A program made the position numbers and the translations under genes. A stretch of 64,000 nt of DNA, from contig NC_042997.1 of assembly GCF_006345805.1 (NCBI RefSeq), forward strand, positions 207,452,001 through 207,516,000. Reading direction: 5' to 3'. Below the pieces are notes generated by a model. The model did not search any database and was not told where the DNA came from. It saw only the letters and a list, made by a program, of their open reading frames with translations. The DNA comes from Octopus sinensis (Eukaryota). Below are positions 35,010-48,134 of the stretch, one piece after another. Positions within the stretch are counted from its first letter, which is position 1, and the number at the start of each line of letters is the position of its first letter.

Positions 35010-35456
35010 CCTGCAGCAAAATCAAAATAGATGAACATCAATGGAATTTGTATCTTTGAGGTACCAGTGCCGGTGGCACACAAGAAAACCATCCGAACGT
35101 GGCCGTAGCCAGTACCGCATCAACTGGCCTCCGTGCTGTGGGCACGTAACAAACACCATCCGATCGTGGCTGTTCGCCAGCCTCATCTGGCACCTGTGTC
35201 GGTGGCACATAAAAAACACCATCCGAGCGTGGCCGTCTGCCAGCCTCGTCTGGCACCTGTGTCAGTGGCACATAAAATCACCCACTACACTCTCGGAGTG
35301 GTTGGCATTAGGAAGGGCATCCAGCTGTAGAAACACTGCCAGATCTGACTGGCCTGGTGCAGCCTTCGGGCTCCCCAGACCCCAGTTGAACCGTCCAACC
35401 CATGCTAGCATGGAAAGCGGACGTTAAATGATGATGATGATGATGATGATGATGAT
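35010..35456 (+). mobile_element. RTE 3' UTR fragment with (GAT)n
   Basis: Matches 19660-20028. Confidence 0.9.
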
Positions 35457-35754
35457 TCAAAACAGTCATTATACACATTAGTGAGATGAATAATCTCTTA
35501 CTCAAAATGTTACTCAAAATGAACTAAGAGTCTTTCTCAATATTCGAAATCATGCTGCTACAGGTATGTCTAGCTTTTTCAATTTTTAATTATTGTCATC
35601 ATTGGTGCGGGTTTCTAGTATCTATATTCATTTGTCCACTTTCACCTTTGTGTTTAAGTGACAATTTGTGGTTTGGTCATTTTGACTGCTATATTTAGCA
35701 TGCTGGGTACTACTTGTTAGGACCCTTAATTAATAACACACACACACACACACT

Positions 35755-36880
35755 CATCAGAACCACGCAAATAGCATAGGAGTGAACTATATGATTTCTT
35801 GGTTATCTGTGAATCGATTTTGATGAAACTTCTCCCAGATGCTATGGACATTGTTATGTTTCCGATATTCTGTGTACCGTCTTTTCCATTTTTATTTCAG
35901 ATTCTTCAGTTTTTGGGTGAACCATGCCAATAACTTTTGAATGAAAAGAGCCCATCTAGACATTTTTTTTTCCTGAAATCTGACGGGTAATGATACATAT
36001 TAAGCCTACATTGAGTATTTACTTAACAGAAAACCATAATAATATTATAACATTTATTGACATAATTAATTCTTTAGCCACATGAGTACCATTTTGACTG
36101 ATAATTTCGAAAAACTAATTAGTCAAAGATTCTGTCAATTTCTTAATAGTAGCAGGTTGGACAGCCTCTGCTGCAGCTTTGATGGCCGCCCATAAGACAT
36201 CTTTCAATGTAAGCTGGCATTCATTGGCAAAATCATCTTATTAAACGACAGACGAAAGATTTTCAAAAGGGTTGAGACCTGGAGATGCTAACAGTCACAT
36301 AATCAACCTTTCACCTTGTTTGCCGTAAAACCCTAGGAATGTTTGAGTGGTCCTAACAGGGTGGGAAGCAGCATTGTGATGCATGAATACAAGATTCCTT
36401 AGAATTGACACTGGTATATCATCTATTCAGGGATCCAAGACCTCCTTCAGTCACTTTAACCTCTTGAGGCACCCTGACTGGGCCAACATGTGTGCCCCCA
36501 GTGATACCAGCCCACAACATGATTCCTCCACCCTGTTGTTGATGCTCCTCTCCGAAATACGCCATTTGCCCAACCATCAGGTTTGTCAAGGGTCACCCTG
36601 GTTTTGTCAGTGAATAGAACACAACTCAAGTCTAATGTCATGCATTTTGGGGCCCATAGAAGCCTCAAACTCCTGTGATGGGACATCAAAGGAGGCAGTT
36701 TCAGGGGTTCTCACATGGAAGCCATGGTCCCAAGGATGCAATTTCTGGTAGCTTTCAGTACATGAGGAAGTCCGGAGGGAGTGAAAATGTCTATGCTTGT
36801 TTGTCCAGGTCTCCCGCATAACTTGCAGCCTATATTCCTTAAATCCCTAGCAGTCACTGTGTTGCAGGTCCCACAATCAG
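35755..36880 (-). mobile_element. Second Tc1-like copy, inverted; 35765-36788 is near-identical to 30969-31990
   Basis: Reverse-complement comparison by eye; identical short ORFs appear in the track (31066/36456, 31142/36383). Confidence 0.92.
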
Positions 36881-37017
36881 ATTCTTTTACTCCTTGGCAT
36901 TCATGTAGCTAAATAATTCATCATCATCATCATCGTCATCATTTAACGTCCATTGTCCATGCTGGCATGGGTTGGACAGTCTCACTGGAAGACTGCACCT
37001 GGCTCCAGTCTGATGTA

Positions 37018-37210
37018 TTATGTCAATAAATGTTATAATATTATTATGGTTTTCTGTTAAATATATACTCAATGTATGATTAATATGTATCATTACTCTT
37101 CATTTACTGGGGAAAAAATGTCTACATGGGCTATTTTCATTCACAAAAGCTATTACTATGGTTCACCAAAAATTGAAGAATCTGAAATAAAAAAAGAAAG
37201 GATGTTACAC
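37018..37210 (+). mobile_element. Third, diverged Tc1 3' fragment
   Basis: Similar to 31694-31885. Confidence 0.75.
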
Positions 37211-37212
37211 AA

Positions 37213-38540
37213 GAGAAGTTTCAAGTGTGGAAGCAAAGTCTAAAATCGAAGGGCCTTAGAGTCAATCTAGCAAAAACCAAAGTCCTAGTAAGTAGGAAGT
37301 CGGATAAGCCACAAATCACTTCAGATAGATGGCCCTGCTTGATATGTAGAAAAGGCATATCTAGAAACTCCATAAGCTATGGACACATAGGAGGTACAGC
37401 AATATCAAAGGAAGGCTAACTGGGAAGATAGTTTCTGTATGTGGTAAATGCTCAGGAGCAATAAACACTGAAAATGTGCATAGAACAGCTACCATCACAT
37501 TCCAGGGGGAAAAACTACAAGTAGCTAATAGCTTCAATTACCTAGGTGACCAAGTCAGTAGTGAGGGCTGTTGTTCTGAGCGTATAGTGGCTAGAATAAG
37601 AATAGTCTCAGCAAAGTTCAGAGAGCTCCTACCTCTGCTGGTGACAAAGGGTTTCTCACTCAGAGTGAAAGGTAGATTGAATGACGCATGTGTGAGAACA
37701 GCCATGGTACATGGCAGTGAAACATGGGCAATGACTGCTGAGGACATGCGTAAGCTCGCAAGAAATGAAGCCAGTATTCTCCGATGGATGTGTAATGTCA
37801 GTGTTCATACTCGACAGGGTGTAAGTACTTTGAGAGAAAAGTTGGACCTGAGAAGCATCAGATGTGGTGTGCAAGAGAGGGGACTGTACTGGTATGGTAA
37901 TGTGGTGTGAATGGATGAGAATAGCTGTGTGAAAAAGTGTCATACCCTAGTAGTAGAGGAAACCTGTGGAAGAGGTAGACCCAGGAAGACCTGGGATGAA
38001 GTAGTGAAATACAACCTTTGGATGGTGGGCCTCACCGAGACAATGACAAGTGATCGAAACCTTTGGAGACATGCTGTGCCTGAGGAGACTCAGCAGGCCA
38101 AGTGAAACTGTAACCGTGGCCTAAGCCAGTGGTGCATAACTAGCCCATTTAAGAGCACCCTTCAGTTGTTGGGCAATAAACTGCACTTGTGAAGATCTGT
38201 TGAGGCAAAGGAAATTGGTGTTCTGGCCGATGACAATACCACCTGATTGGCACCTGTGCTGGTGGCACATAAAAAAAAAACACCATACGAGTGTGGTCAA
38301 TGCCAGTGCCAGCTGACTGGTCCCATGCTGGTGGCACATAAAAAGCACCATTCGAGCATGGTGGTCGCCAGTGTTTCCTACTGAAGCCAGTACTGCCTGA
38401 CTGGCCGTCATGCCGGTGGCACATTAAAAGCACCCATTACACACTCAGAGTGGTTGCCTTTAGGAAGGGCATCCAGCTGTAGAACCGTCCAACCCATGCC
38501 AGCATGGAAAGTGAACGTTAAATGACGATGATGATGACGA
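37213..38540 (+). mobile_element. RTE 3' half with tail
   Basis: KGLRVNLAKTKVL, WPCLICRKG, YLGDQVS, ARNEASILRWMC, then 3' UTR and (GAT)n. Confidence 0.92.
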
Positions 38541-38556
38541 TAAACAAATTAGATAT

Positions 38557-38790
38557 CATCATCATCATCATCATCATCGTTTAACGTCTGTTTTCCGCGC
38601 TAGCACGGGTTGGACGGTTTGACCGGGGTCTGGGGAGCCAGGGGCTGCTCCAGGCTCCAGTCTGATCTGGCAGTGTTTCAACAGCTGGATGCCCTTCCTA
38701 ATGCCAACCACTTCGCAAGTGTAGTGGGTGCTTTTTACGTGTCACCTGCACAGGTGCCACAGGGGTCTGGCATCGGCCACGATCGATTGG
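38557..38790 (-). mobile_element. RTE 3' tail fragment
   Basis: (ATC)n plus reverse 3' UTR. Confidence 0.88.
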
Positions 38791-39065
38791 TGCTTATATA
38801 TATATATACATATATATATACATACATATACACATACATATATACATAAATACATATACATATATACACATACATATATACATATACATATATATATATA
38901 TATATACATATATACATATACATACACATATATACATACACACATATATACATACACACATATACATATACATATATACATATATATACATACATATATA
39001 TATATATATACACATAATAAACATACATATATACACATACATATATATATACATACATATACATA
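38790..39065. repeat. TA/CA compound microsatellite (similar tract at 40322-40535)
   Basis: Direct reading of the sequence. Confidence 0.95.
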
Positions 39066-39067
39066 TA

Positions 39068-40321
39068 CGAGGGGCGTTCAATAAGTAATGCCCCTGTCCC
39101 ACTCCCCATAGCAGTAGAGCAACGACACTTGGAACAGTTATTAGACTTTCTCTACATAGGAACCACCCAGAGTTATGCATTTCTCCCATCATTTGATACA
39201 GCTATGGAGACCGTTTTTGTAGAAGACCCCAGCTTCGTCCTCCAACCACGACGTGACTTCAGAAATCAAGGCTGTATCATCTGGGAAACGCTTTCCTTTC
39301 AAAATCAACTTCATGGCTGGGAAGAGGTGAAAATCAGAGGGTGCAAGGGAAGGAGTTCATAGCTGCACGCCTGTGCTTCTGATCTGGCGACACGCGAGTT
39401 GTGGACCGGAGCGTTGTCCTGCAGGAGGAGGATGCCTTTGCTGATCTTGCCCCGCCTCTTGATTTTGATAGCTTCTCTTAATTTCCTCAAAAGTGAAGCA
39501 TAATAGGCTCCTGTAATTGTGGTACCCTTTGCCAGGAAATCTGTCATCACTACTCCGTCCTGGTCCCAGAAGACTGTGAGCATAACCTTGTCAGCGGAGG
39601 GCTGCACCCTTGCCTTCACGGTGCTTTCACTGCATTGACTGGGCTTTGGTCTATGGATCATAGTGATGGACCCAGGTTTTATCCTGTGTGATCAGTCTTT
39701 TGAAAAATTTTGACTCATCTTCTTGGCACATCTCCAAATTCATCCTCGAGCACTCAACGCATTCTTGCTTCTGGAAAGGTGTGAGCAACCTGGAAATCCA
39801 TCTGGCAGACACCTTTTGCATATGCAAATGGTCATGAATGATAGTTTCCACAGACCCGGTACTAATCTTGACCTTATGGGCTATTTGGCGAATAGTTATG
39901 CGTTGACCTTCCAAAAAGGGCAGCTTCAACTTGACGGACAGACGTCTCATCAACGGCAGAAGGGGGCGACCAGATCTGGGAGCTGTTTCCACAGAGTTCC
40001 GACTATGTTTCAATTCACAATGCCAGCGTTTTACAAGGTCATATGATGGGGCATCATCACCATAAGTTACTTTCATTTCATCAAAAGTCTCCCGTGGTGT
40101 CCGTCCTTTCAAATACAAAAACCAGATCACTGCTCGACACTCAACAGGCTCCATTTCACACTTGACTCAGTTCAAACACCTGTAAATCAGAAACCACAAT
40201 TAGTTCAGAGCTGTAATTCGCCACTTAATCTATAGAGGTATAAGTAAGTGCACATGCAAAATTTCAGCTAGATCAAACAACTGCAAGTGGGTCAGGGGCA
40301 TTACTTATTGAACGCCCCTCG
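39068..40321 (-). mobile_element. Full-length mariner (irritans/Himar-like) with TIRs and frameshifted transposase
   Basis: TA|CGAGGGGCGTTCAATAAGTAATGCCCCTG...CAGGGGCATTACTTATTGAACGCCCCTCG|TA. Motifs MEPVECRAVI, WISRLLT, TQDKTWVHHYDP, MLTVFWD and QDNAPVH. Confidence 0.96.
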
Positions 40322-40404
40322 TATACACATACATATATACACATACATATATACATACATATATACATACATACATATATACATACATATATACATACAT
40401 ACAC

Positions 40405-40437
<33 letters not shown>

Positions 40438-40689
40438 CATATATACATACGTATAAGCTCTGTATGCAGTGGACCTACACATAAACACACACACATACAA
40501 ACATGCACCCCGTCCACACACACACACACACACTGTATATCCATAGTATGTAGGACTGTACAGCTGCTATAAATAGCAGCTGAATATGCTTCAAATCTCA
40601 CCATATTGGCTTGAAATATTTTAAGTACAGGCAAAATTGGGCTCAGCAATCCATAATAATGTTGATAGATTTAGTTCATCACAATATGC

Positions 40690-43020
40690 TGTTGTATGGA
40701 TGCAAGGAGCATCGGATGAGATGATCCTGCGTCATCAGGGCAGAGAAGATCTTAATGCAGGGAAGGATTAAATGTGGAAGGATTAAATGTGGAGAGCAGG
40801 ATGTATTGGAGGGGTAGCTGGTGGAGGGGGAGTATTAAGACTGGGAATGGTGAGAGGGGAAAAGAGGGTTCAGGGGGAGCGAGGGGTTAATAATGAGGTG
40901 GTAGTAAAAGTGGAGAGTAGGAGAATGAATAGGAGGGTAGAGTAGATAGCATTTGAATGATAGTCTGTTATGTGGGGTTTGTTAAGTTTTATGGATAATA
41001 GTTATAGAATTAGTGGGAGTTGAAATAGTGAGGAAAGGAATGGCAATTATTTGAGGGAAGTGTCTAGTTCAAAGATTACTAAGGTATGTAGAAAGGTATG
41101 AGAGAAGAGAGAAGTGGGTGATTGGCAGTCAAGATAGTAATGGTTAGTGGAAGGGGAGTACTGAGATATGCAGAGGTGAATGAAATTGGATAGAGCAGGT
41201 GAGTAGAGAGGGTGAGGAGTAGTATAAAGTGCTTTTGTTTGAAGAAGCGAATTAAGAGGAGAGGAGACCCCTTGTGAGGATGAGGAGGCTATGAGGGAAA
41301 CGGGATGTACTGGGTTGGAGGAATTTGGAAAGCTAACAATGAGAAAGAATAGTTTAATGGGAAGGGTGGTATTAGTTGAGGTAAGTTGCTAGGCTGACCT
41401 AGTCGTGCCTCAAGATTAATTTTGAGTAAGGATACTTAGAGCTATGGGATTGCATAAATTTAATGAAATGGACAAATGATGAGTAGAACCTGTGTTCACA
41501 AGACAGTATTACATCTGAGAATCTATTAAGTAAAGAGGGGTTGTGGTGGTGAAGCATGGTTAGCGGTTCTCTTAAGCATAATTTTACACATACCAATGTA
41601 TGTGTTGTATGGGGGAGCCTCATCTATGATGGACCAGGATAGGGTATAGGGAACATTTTGAGAATTGACGTTGTGTATAATAAGGTGCTAAGGAGGGTGA
41701 TAATTTGAAGTTGGATTGGAGAAAGTGTTCATGTGTACACGGTAGCAGCACTTTAAATCAACAATGCCACCAATATAGACCCTTGCTTGGTGGGAGCATG
41801 GTGTGATAATACAGCGCTTGAAGACTTCATATTTACACAGACAGAAACCCCCCAAGAGGGCATACTTGAGAAGTTCAACAATTTCAAGTTTTCCAACTTG
41901 TTCTGCAGTTGAAGTTTATTGTTATGGAGGTCAAACTATGGTGGTCCATTATTAGTGAGGGAGAACTTGAAGTGCAGTCTGTATCAGTATTGGATTTGGG
42001 GGAAAGGTATCACTGCTAGTATATGTGGTCACACAGTATTGTGGGAAGATATCGTGTTATTATTTAGTCGAGGGGGATACTGAGAGTTGTATTATTGCCA
42101 CTAGGTGGCTTAATTTGGGGTGCAGTGTGAAAAATTGCAGGTTACAAGAATTGACATTGTAGTTTGTGTTTGTTAGAGGAGGTGATTATGGATCCCAAAT
42201 TTGAGTAGGAGATTTTAACAGAGGATTTATAAAAAGATAAGTTAGTGAGAAGTTAGAGTTTAGGAGTTTAAAGAAAGTTTAGAGAGAGATTTAACTTGAA
42301 GAGAGAATGGTGATACAAACCATAACATCTCTCACTTCCCATACTTAAGATGTATAAAACACGTGATTGCACCGAGTAGATCTAGATAGGGAAGCTTACA
42401 GTTACTAGAGGTTTGAAGTGGTTAGTGGGGTTATTGAGTACGATGTGAAGGTTCTTTTTTTTTTTTTGAGAGTTAATGGATTAATGTAGAGTGGAAAAAA
42501 GATCTGAAAATTTGGGGTTTGTATTAGGAAAGAAATGTGCAATTTTGATTTTAAGTTTGGTATTAGAGATATAGGAGATATTTTCATAGAAGTTAGTTAT
42601 CTGGAGAGCCTGGTTATAACAAGGGGCATGACTGCTAAAATTTTCATTTGCAGATAAGTTGGAGATTCTGATAGAAATGCCTATTAAGAGTAAGTTTAGG
42701 GTGATTTGATAGGATGTTGATATATTGTAAAGATTGATTGAGTTTATGGAAAGGTTGATATAGATTTGTATCTAAGTTCAGAATGATGTCTAAGAAATTG
42801 ACTAGTTTAGAGTTACTTTTGAATGTAATACTCAGGTTATAGTTTTTAAAAAATTTGTGTAGGGTTTTCTTGGTGCATCCAACCAAGAAGGTTGAGATAA
42901 TCCAGTTGCTGTAAGGAGTGCATCATCCCTGTAGACCCCTCTGGAGAGGTTAGGGAAGTATTGTTTAATTTGGGAAAGAAGGAATTATTATATATATACA
43001 TATATTTCCCTGTTACACTC
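40690..43020 (-). mobile_element. Highly degenerate PLE of a different lineage (YRDD-type RT plus GIY-YIG) with purine-rich 3' region
   Basis: Motifs G.YRDDAL, FKNYNLSIT..NSKLVNFLD.ILNL, SNHP, VKISYS and CPLGGFC..VYIG...WSII...PY...CK. Confidence 0.75.
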
Positions 43021-43089
43021 AAACCTGTCATCATTTGATACAGGATAACCACCTCTAATGCCCTTCTGTTGTGGCCAGACACTTGCTTC

Positions 43090-43445
43090 TGTCTCTTTGT
43101 CTCCCTCTAACCTTTCATCCTCTGACACAAGTTCCCCACTAAAATGCTCTGCCCCTCTCATAATTCAATGTCTTGTGCCAGAGCTGGTGCCACATTAAAA
43201 GCATCCAGTCCATACTGTAAAGTGGTTGGTGTATGGAAGAGCATCCAGCTGAAAAACTCATGCCAAAACTAACTTCACCTGTGCTAGAGCCACATAAAAA
43301 GCACTGAGTCTACTCACTAACCTCTCATCTATCCCTAGTTTCTGCATTACCCACTAGATAAGGGAGGGGGGGGACCCTGTTAGAGGCTTTCTCCAAGTCA
43401 GGTAAAGAAGTTTATCTTTGGCTAGGTATTTCTCCTGCAGCTGTC
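43090..43445. mobile_element. RTE tail (+) and RT fragment (-, FLARQLQEKYLAKDK)
   Basis: Motif similarity to other RTE copies in the window. Confidence 0.7.
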
Positions 43446-43679
43446 TTGCCAGGAATATAGCATCATATGAATGTATGTATGTATGTATGTATGTATGTAT
43501 GTATGTATGCATGCATGCATGCACGCATGCATGCACGCATGCATGCACACATAAAGGCAGGCAGGAAGATAGATAGACAGACACACACACATATAGTTAT
43601 CATATTATACCCGGATGGGAATTTATTCCCTCTTCACAACATTTCCATGGGCCTGAAACGACTATAGGTCCAGGCAGTA

Positions 43680-44215
43680 GAGGGTTGTCTTTTTCTTTTT
43701 ATTATTTTATGGGTTTCAAGTGTTTTTTTCGGTGTGGGTCTTGACTCAGTAGCAGGATGTTCTTGTATATAATTGTTTGAACTTCTGCATTTCTTGGATT
43801 GTGTGTTGAGAGATATGGGAGACTATTAAATGTACCGTGATTGTGTTTCAATTTTCATAAGTCTTGAGTAGTGATTGTCTTGGCCTGTTCTATTCCATTG
43901 TCAACTAATGATGCTGGGTAATGTCTTTCGAGAAGAATTACCTTCAAAGAATTTACTTTATGCCATAAGGTGTGAAGAGTGCCACAAAGATTACATAGGA
44001 CAAACAAGCCTTGCCTTCAGAGAATGGATGACAGTCCACCACCAACAACCGAGGGACCCTACCACAAGACATATACCACTTAGTGGTCACTTAGATCTCT
44101 GTGCACAAAACAAGTCCCCCAAATTCCTAGTTTTCCCACTATACCAATGCCCAGACAACACCACTGACCAAACACGAATAAATAGAGAAAATAAGCTTAT
44201 TCAAAAATAGACCAC
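43680..44215. mobile_element. PLE fragments in opposite orientations (linker on -, GIY-YIG on +)
   Basis: Minus strand LPYLSTHNPRN...THKII. Plus strand NLLYAIRCEECHKDYIGQT...GHLDLCAQ...FPLYQC. Confidence 0.82.
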
Positions 44216-45350
44216 AACTCAACATACTCTAACATACTGCCCCAAGTACACACCCACAATAAACACCCACACATACATATACACACATGCACAAACACAA
44301 TATCCCCACACCTGAGCACAAACCCACACACATCCCAAGAAAAAACACATACATATATCCACTTGCAATATGATTCTAGCAACCATAACCAACACTCACA
44401 CACATACGTAAACATGTACATGCACACACTTACACACACCACCCTGACAATTACAAATCACATTCACACAAACATATTCACACATACAGATACACACACA
44501 AACATGCAAATACAACAAAACCCACACAAACATGTATGCATATATGCACACACACACACACACACACACACTCAAAAGAAAGAAACACACTCATATACAC
44601 ATAATAAAATCCCAACAATCACAACAAGCATGCACACACACAATGACACACCTCCCTGACAAATTCAAGACATATAGACACATCCACACGCATATACACA
44701 CACGTATACACACACTGCACTAACAATACAAACAAAACAAATCACTCACAAAAGCAGCACACACACATACACCCGGAAACTATATAAACCATACCCACAT
44801 ATACACACGCACAAACGCATACTCAGTACTAACATGCACAGAACGTACACGCAGACACATACACACCACCCGGATAAACATAACACACATGGACACACAG
44901 AACCCGATAAATACAACACACTCACACACAGACACCCACACATACCCCCACACACATACATATGCACCCTCACATATACATACGGTGGCTCGCATACACA
45001 CACACAAGGAAAATTAACACAAGACAAACATACTCAGACAGAGACACACTCACGTACACACATAACATCCCTACCAAGACAAAACACACAAACATACACA
45101 CGCACACACAGATGCACATACATACACACGTGAAGAAACACATACACACAGCACCCAGACAAATACTAATTACACACATACACAAACATGCACACATATA
45201 CAGACATGCACACATATACACACACCATCCTACCAAATATAAAAAACACACACAGACCCATATACACACGCCACAATATACTCTGGGACCAATCAAAAAT
45301 GGCCCACACACACATAGAGATGTGCACAGTGAAACACACACTCACACCAT
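44215..45350. repeat. CA-rich low-complexity tract after the PLE stop codon
   Basis: Direct reading; source of many spurious H/T/C/V ORFs. Confidence 0.9.
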
Positions 45351-45569
45351 TCTGACCTCTGAGACCAGTCCTGAAAACCCCTGAACCATGACAGACTAGC
45401 CCAGAAACAAAAAATCTTAATTCCACATTGCTCAGAAAAATGTCAAATAGACAGCTCAGTTATTCCTCTCCGAATTTTTGTAAACTCTTAAATATACCTC
45501 CTTTTGTGTATATATATATACTACCGAACAAACATGATTTTTATTGAACTACTCTCTTTTCTTTTTTTT

Positions 45570-45928
45570 CTCTTTTACTTGTTTCAGTCATTTTGACTGC
45601 GGCCATGCTGGGGCACCGCCTTTTAGTACTTATTCTATCGGTCTATTTTGCCGAACCGCCAAGTAACGGGGACATAAGCACACCAGCATCGGTTGTCAAG
45701 CAATGCTAGGGGGACAAACACAAACACACACACACATACATACATATATATATATACATATATACGACAGGCTTCTTTTCAGTTTCCGTCTACCAAATCC
45801 ACTCACAAGGCATTGGTTGGCCCGGGGCTATAGCAGAAGACACTTGCCCAAGGTGCCATGCAGTGGGACTGAACCCGGCACCATGTGGTTGGTTAGCAAG
45901 CTACTTACCACACAGCCACTCCTGCGCC
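45570..45928 (-). mobile_element. tRNA-derived CORE-type SINE (octopus OR/OK-like), complete
   Basis: Head GGCGCAGGAGTGGCTGTGTGGTAAG..GGGTTCAGTCCC, CTTGGGCAAGTGTCTT core, internal microsatellite, and tail GACTGAAACAAGTAAAAGA. Confidence 0.88.
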
Positions 45929-46164
45929 TACTAATACCTTTTGTTGAATACTTTCTTAAATACTTTCTTGTTAACTGTTTTAAAAATTTTCTTATTATTA
46001 TCAAAGAATGTATAACTGTATTTTAATACTTTTGTGACAACCACTACTTAACACAACAAAGCTTTTACATTTTACTTTTGACAATCTTTTTCTTAAGAAA
46101 AGTGAAACCGGTCAAGTGAATAAACATCTTTTAAAATTGCATTTTCAAACCTTGTTTCATACAT

Positions 46165-46216
<52 letters not shown>

Positions 46217-46219
46217 GTA

Positions 46220-46740
46220 AAGTTTGAAAACACTACTATATAAGATAAATTTTAATTTTCTTAGAAATTTTACATGTTTCGGTTCTTCTTGAAAAAACAA
46301 ACCTTATCAAAAATATTTTTAAAAGTTAAGTGTAATAAAAAAGTTCATAATTGTTTCTTACTGGTCTCAACAGAATCCACGTGGTGGTTTTTTGTGGGTA
46401 GTAAGCATAATAGCTATCTTATGTGTTCGAATAAAATAAGGAAATGACCAGTGGCCGAAATGGCAGTAGCAGCAGTGAAATGGCAGTAACTGCTGCTACT
46501 GCCATTTCGGCCACTGGTCATTTCCTTATTTTATTCAAACACATAAGATAGCTATTATGCTTACTACCCACAAAAAACCACCACGTGGATTCTGTTGAGA
46601 CCAGTAAGAAACAATTATGAACTTTTTTATTACACTTTTTAAAATATTTTTGATAAGGTTCATTTTTTCAAGAAGATCCGAAACATGTAAAATTTCTAAG
46701 AAAATTAAAATTTATCTTATATAGTGGTGTTTTCAAACTT
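46220..46740. repeat. ~260-bp-arm inverted repeat (fold-back PLE pLTR) with a 12-nt spacer
   Basis: 46220-46476 is approximately the reverse complement of 46489-46740. Confidence 0.92.
46267..46314 (-). ncRNA. Hammerhead ribozyme motif, U3-A8 core (mirror at ~46646-46693, +)
   Basis: AUUU UUGAUAA GGUU-loop-AACC GAAA CAUG UA AAAU. Confidence 0.55.
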
Positions 46741-46781
46741 CTTTTTTATAAATATATACCCACTCATATACAACCTACACT

Positions 46782-46809
<28 letters not shown>

Positions 46810-46816
<7 letters not shown>

Positions 46817-46995
46817 TTATTTGTTTCAGTCATTTGACTGCAGCCATGATGGAGCACCAGCTTTTAGATGAACAAATCGGTCCCAAGACTTATTCTTTGT
46901 AAGCCGAATGCTTATTTTATTAGAATCTTTTGCTGAACTGTTAAGTTACAGAGATGTAAACACACCAACATCGGTTGTCAAGTGTGGGGCGGGAC
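46810..46995 (-). mobile_element. SINE tail fragment
   Basis: Similar to 45570-45720. Confidence 0.8.
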
Positions 46996-47029
46996 AAACA
47001 CAGACACAAAAACATACACACACACACAT

Positions 47030-48120
47030 CAGATTCCATTACATGCCAGGGAGAAAAGCTAGAAGTAGTTAATAGCTTCTATTACCTAGGCAGTCAAGTC
47101 AGTAATGGAGGTAGATACTCTGAGAGTGTAGTAGCTAGAATAAGAATAGTCTTGACAAAGTTGAGGGAGCTCCTACCTCTGCTGAAAACTAAAGGCCTCT
47201 TGCTCAGGATGAACAGTAGACTGTATGATGTACGTGTGCAAACTGCCATGCTACACAGCAGTAAAACATGGGCCATAACTGCAGAGGACATGCGTAGGCT
47301 TGAAAGAAATGAAGCTAGTATGATCCGCTGGATGTGTAACATCAGTGTGCATACACGACAGAGTGTAAGCACCCTGAGAGAAACGGACATAAGAAGCATC
47401 AAATGTGGTGAGCAAGAGAGATGACTGCGCTGGTATGGCCATGGGTTAAGTATGGATGAGGACAGCTGTGTGAGAAAGTGCCACTCTCTAATTGTAGACG
47501 GAAGCTATGGAAGAGGTAGACCCAGAAAGACATGGAATGAGATGGTGAAACAGTACCCTCAAACACTGGGCCTCACAGAGGCAATGACAGGAGACTGAGA
47601 CCTTTGGAGATATGTTGTGCAATTGAGAAGACCTGGCAACTAAAGTGAAATCGTATCCATGGCCGATGCCAGTGTTGCATGTCTGACCCCGTTGAAAGTA
47701 CATCTGATGCGTCAGGCGAGATGATATGCTAGAGAAGGTCTGTTGAGTCAAGTAAAATCAAAATCGTAGCTGTGGCCAGTGCCCCCTCACTGGCCCCCAT
47801 GCTGGTGGCACGTAAAAAGCACTGTCCATACATGGTCAATGCCAGGTCTGCCTGACTGGTTCCTGTGCTGGTGGCACGTAAATAGCACCATCTGACCATA
47901 GTCAATGCCAGTGTCCTGTTACTGGCTCCCCTGCCGGTGGCACGTGAAAAGCACCCACTACACTTTCAGAGTGGTTGGCATTAGGAAGGGCATCCAGCTG
48001 TAGAAACACTGCCATATCAGATTGGAGCCTGGTGCAGTCACTGGGTTTACCAGACCTCAGTCAAACCATCCAACTCATGTCAGCATAGAAAACGGATGTT
48101 AAACGATGATAATGATGATG
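47030..48120 (+). mobile_element. RTE 3' half with tail
   Basis: GEKLEVVNSFYYLGSQVS, ERNEASMIRWMC, then 3' UTR and (GAT)n. Confidence 0.9.
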
Positions 48121-48134
48121 ATATAAAGATATAT

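Noticed and set aside
40715-40745. CTGATGA on the minus strand near the old PLE 3' region
   Set aside because: No GAAA-stem III-NUH downstream; at best a fully decayed relic.
41900-42330. APE endonuclease of a LINE on the minus strand
   Set aside because: On translation it is the RT-to-GIY-YIG linker of the surrounding PLE.
43610-43670. GGGCCTGAAACGACTA as a hammerhead 3' half
   Set aside because: No intact CUGANGA or UUGANAA upstream, and stem III is not self-complementary.
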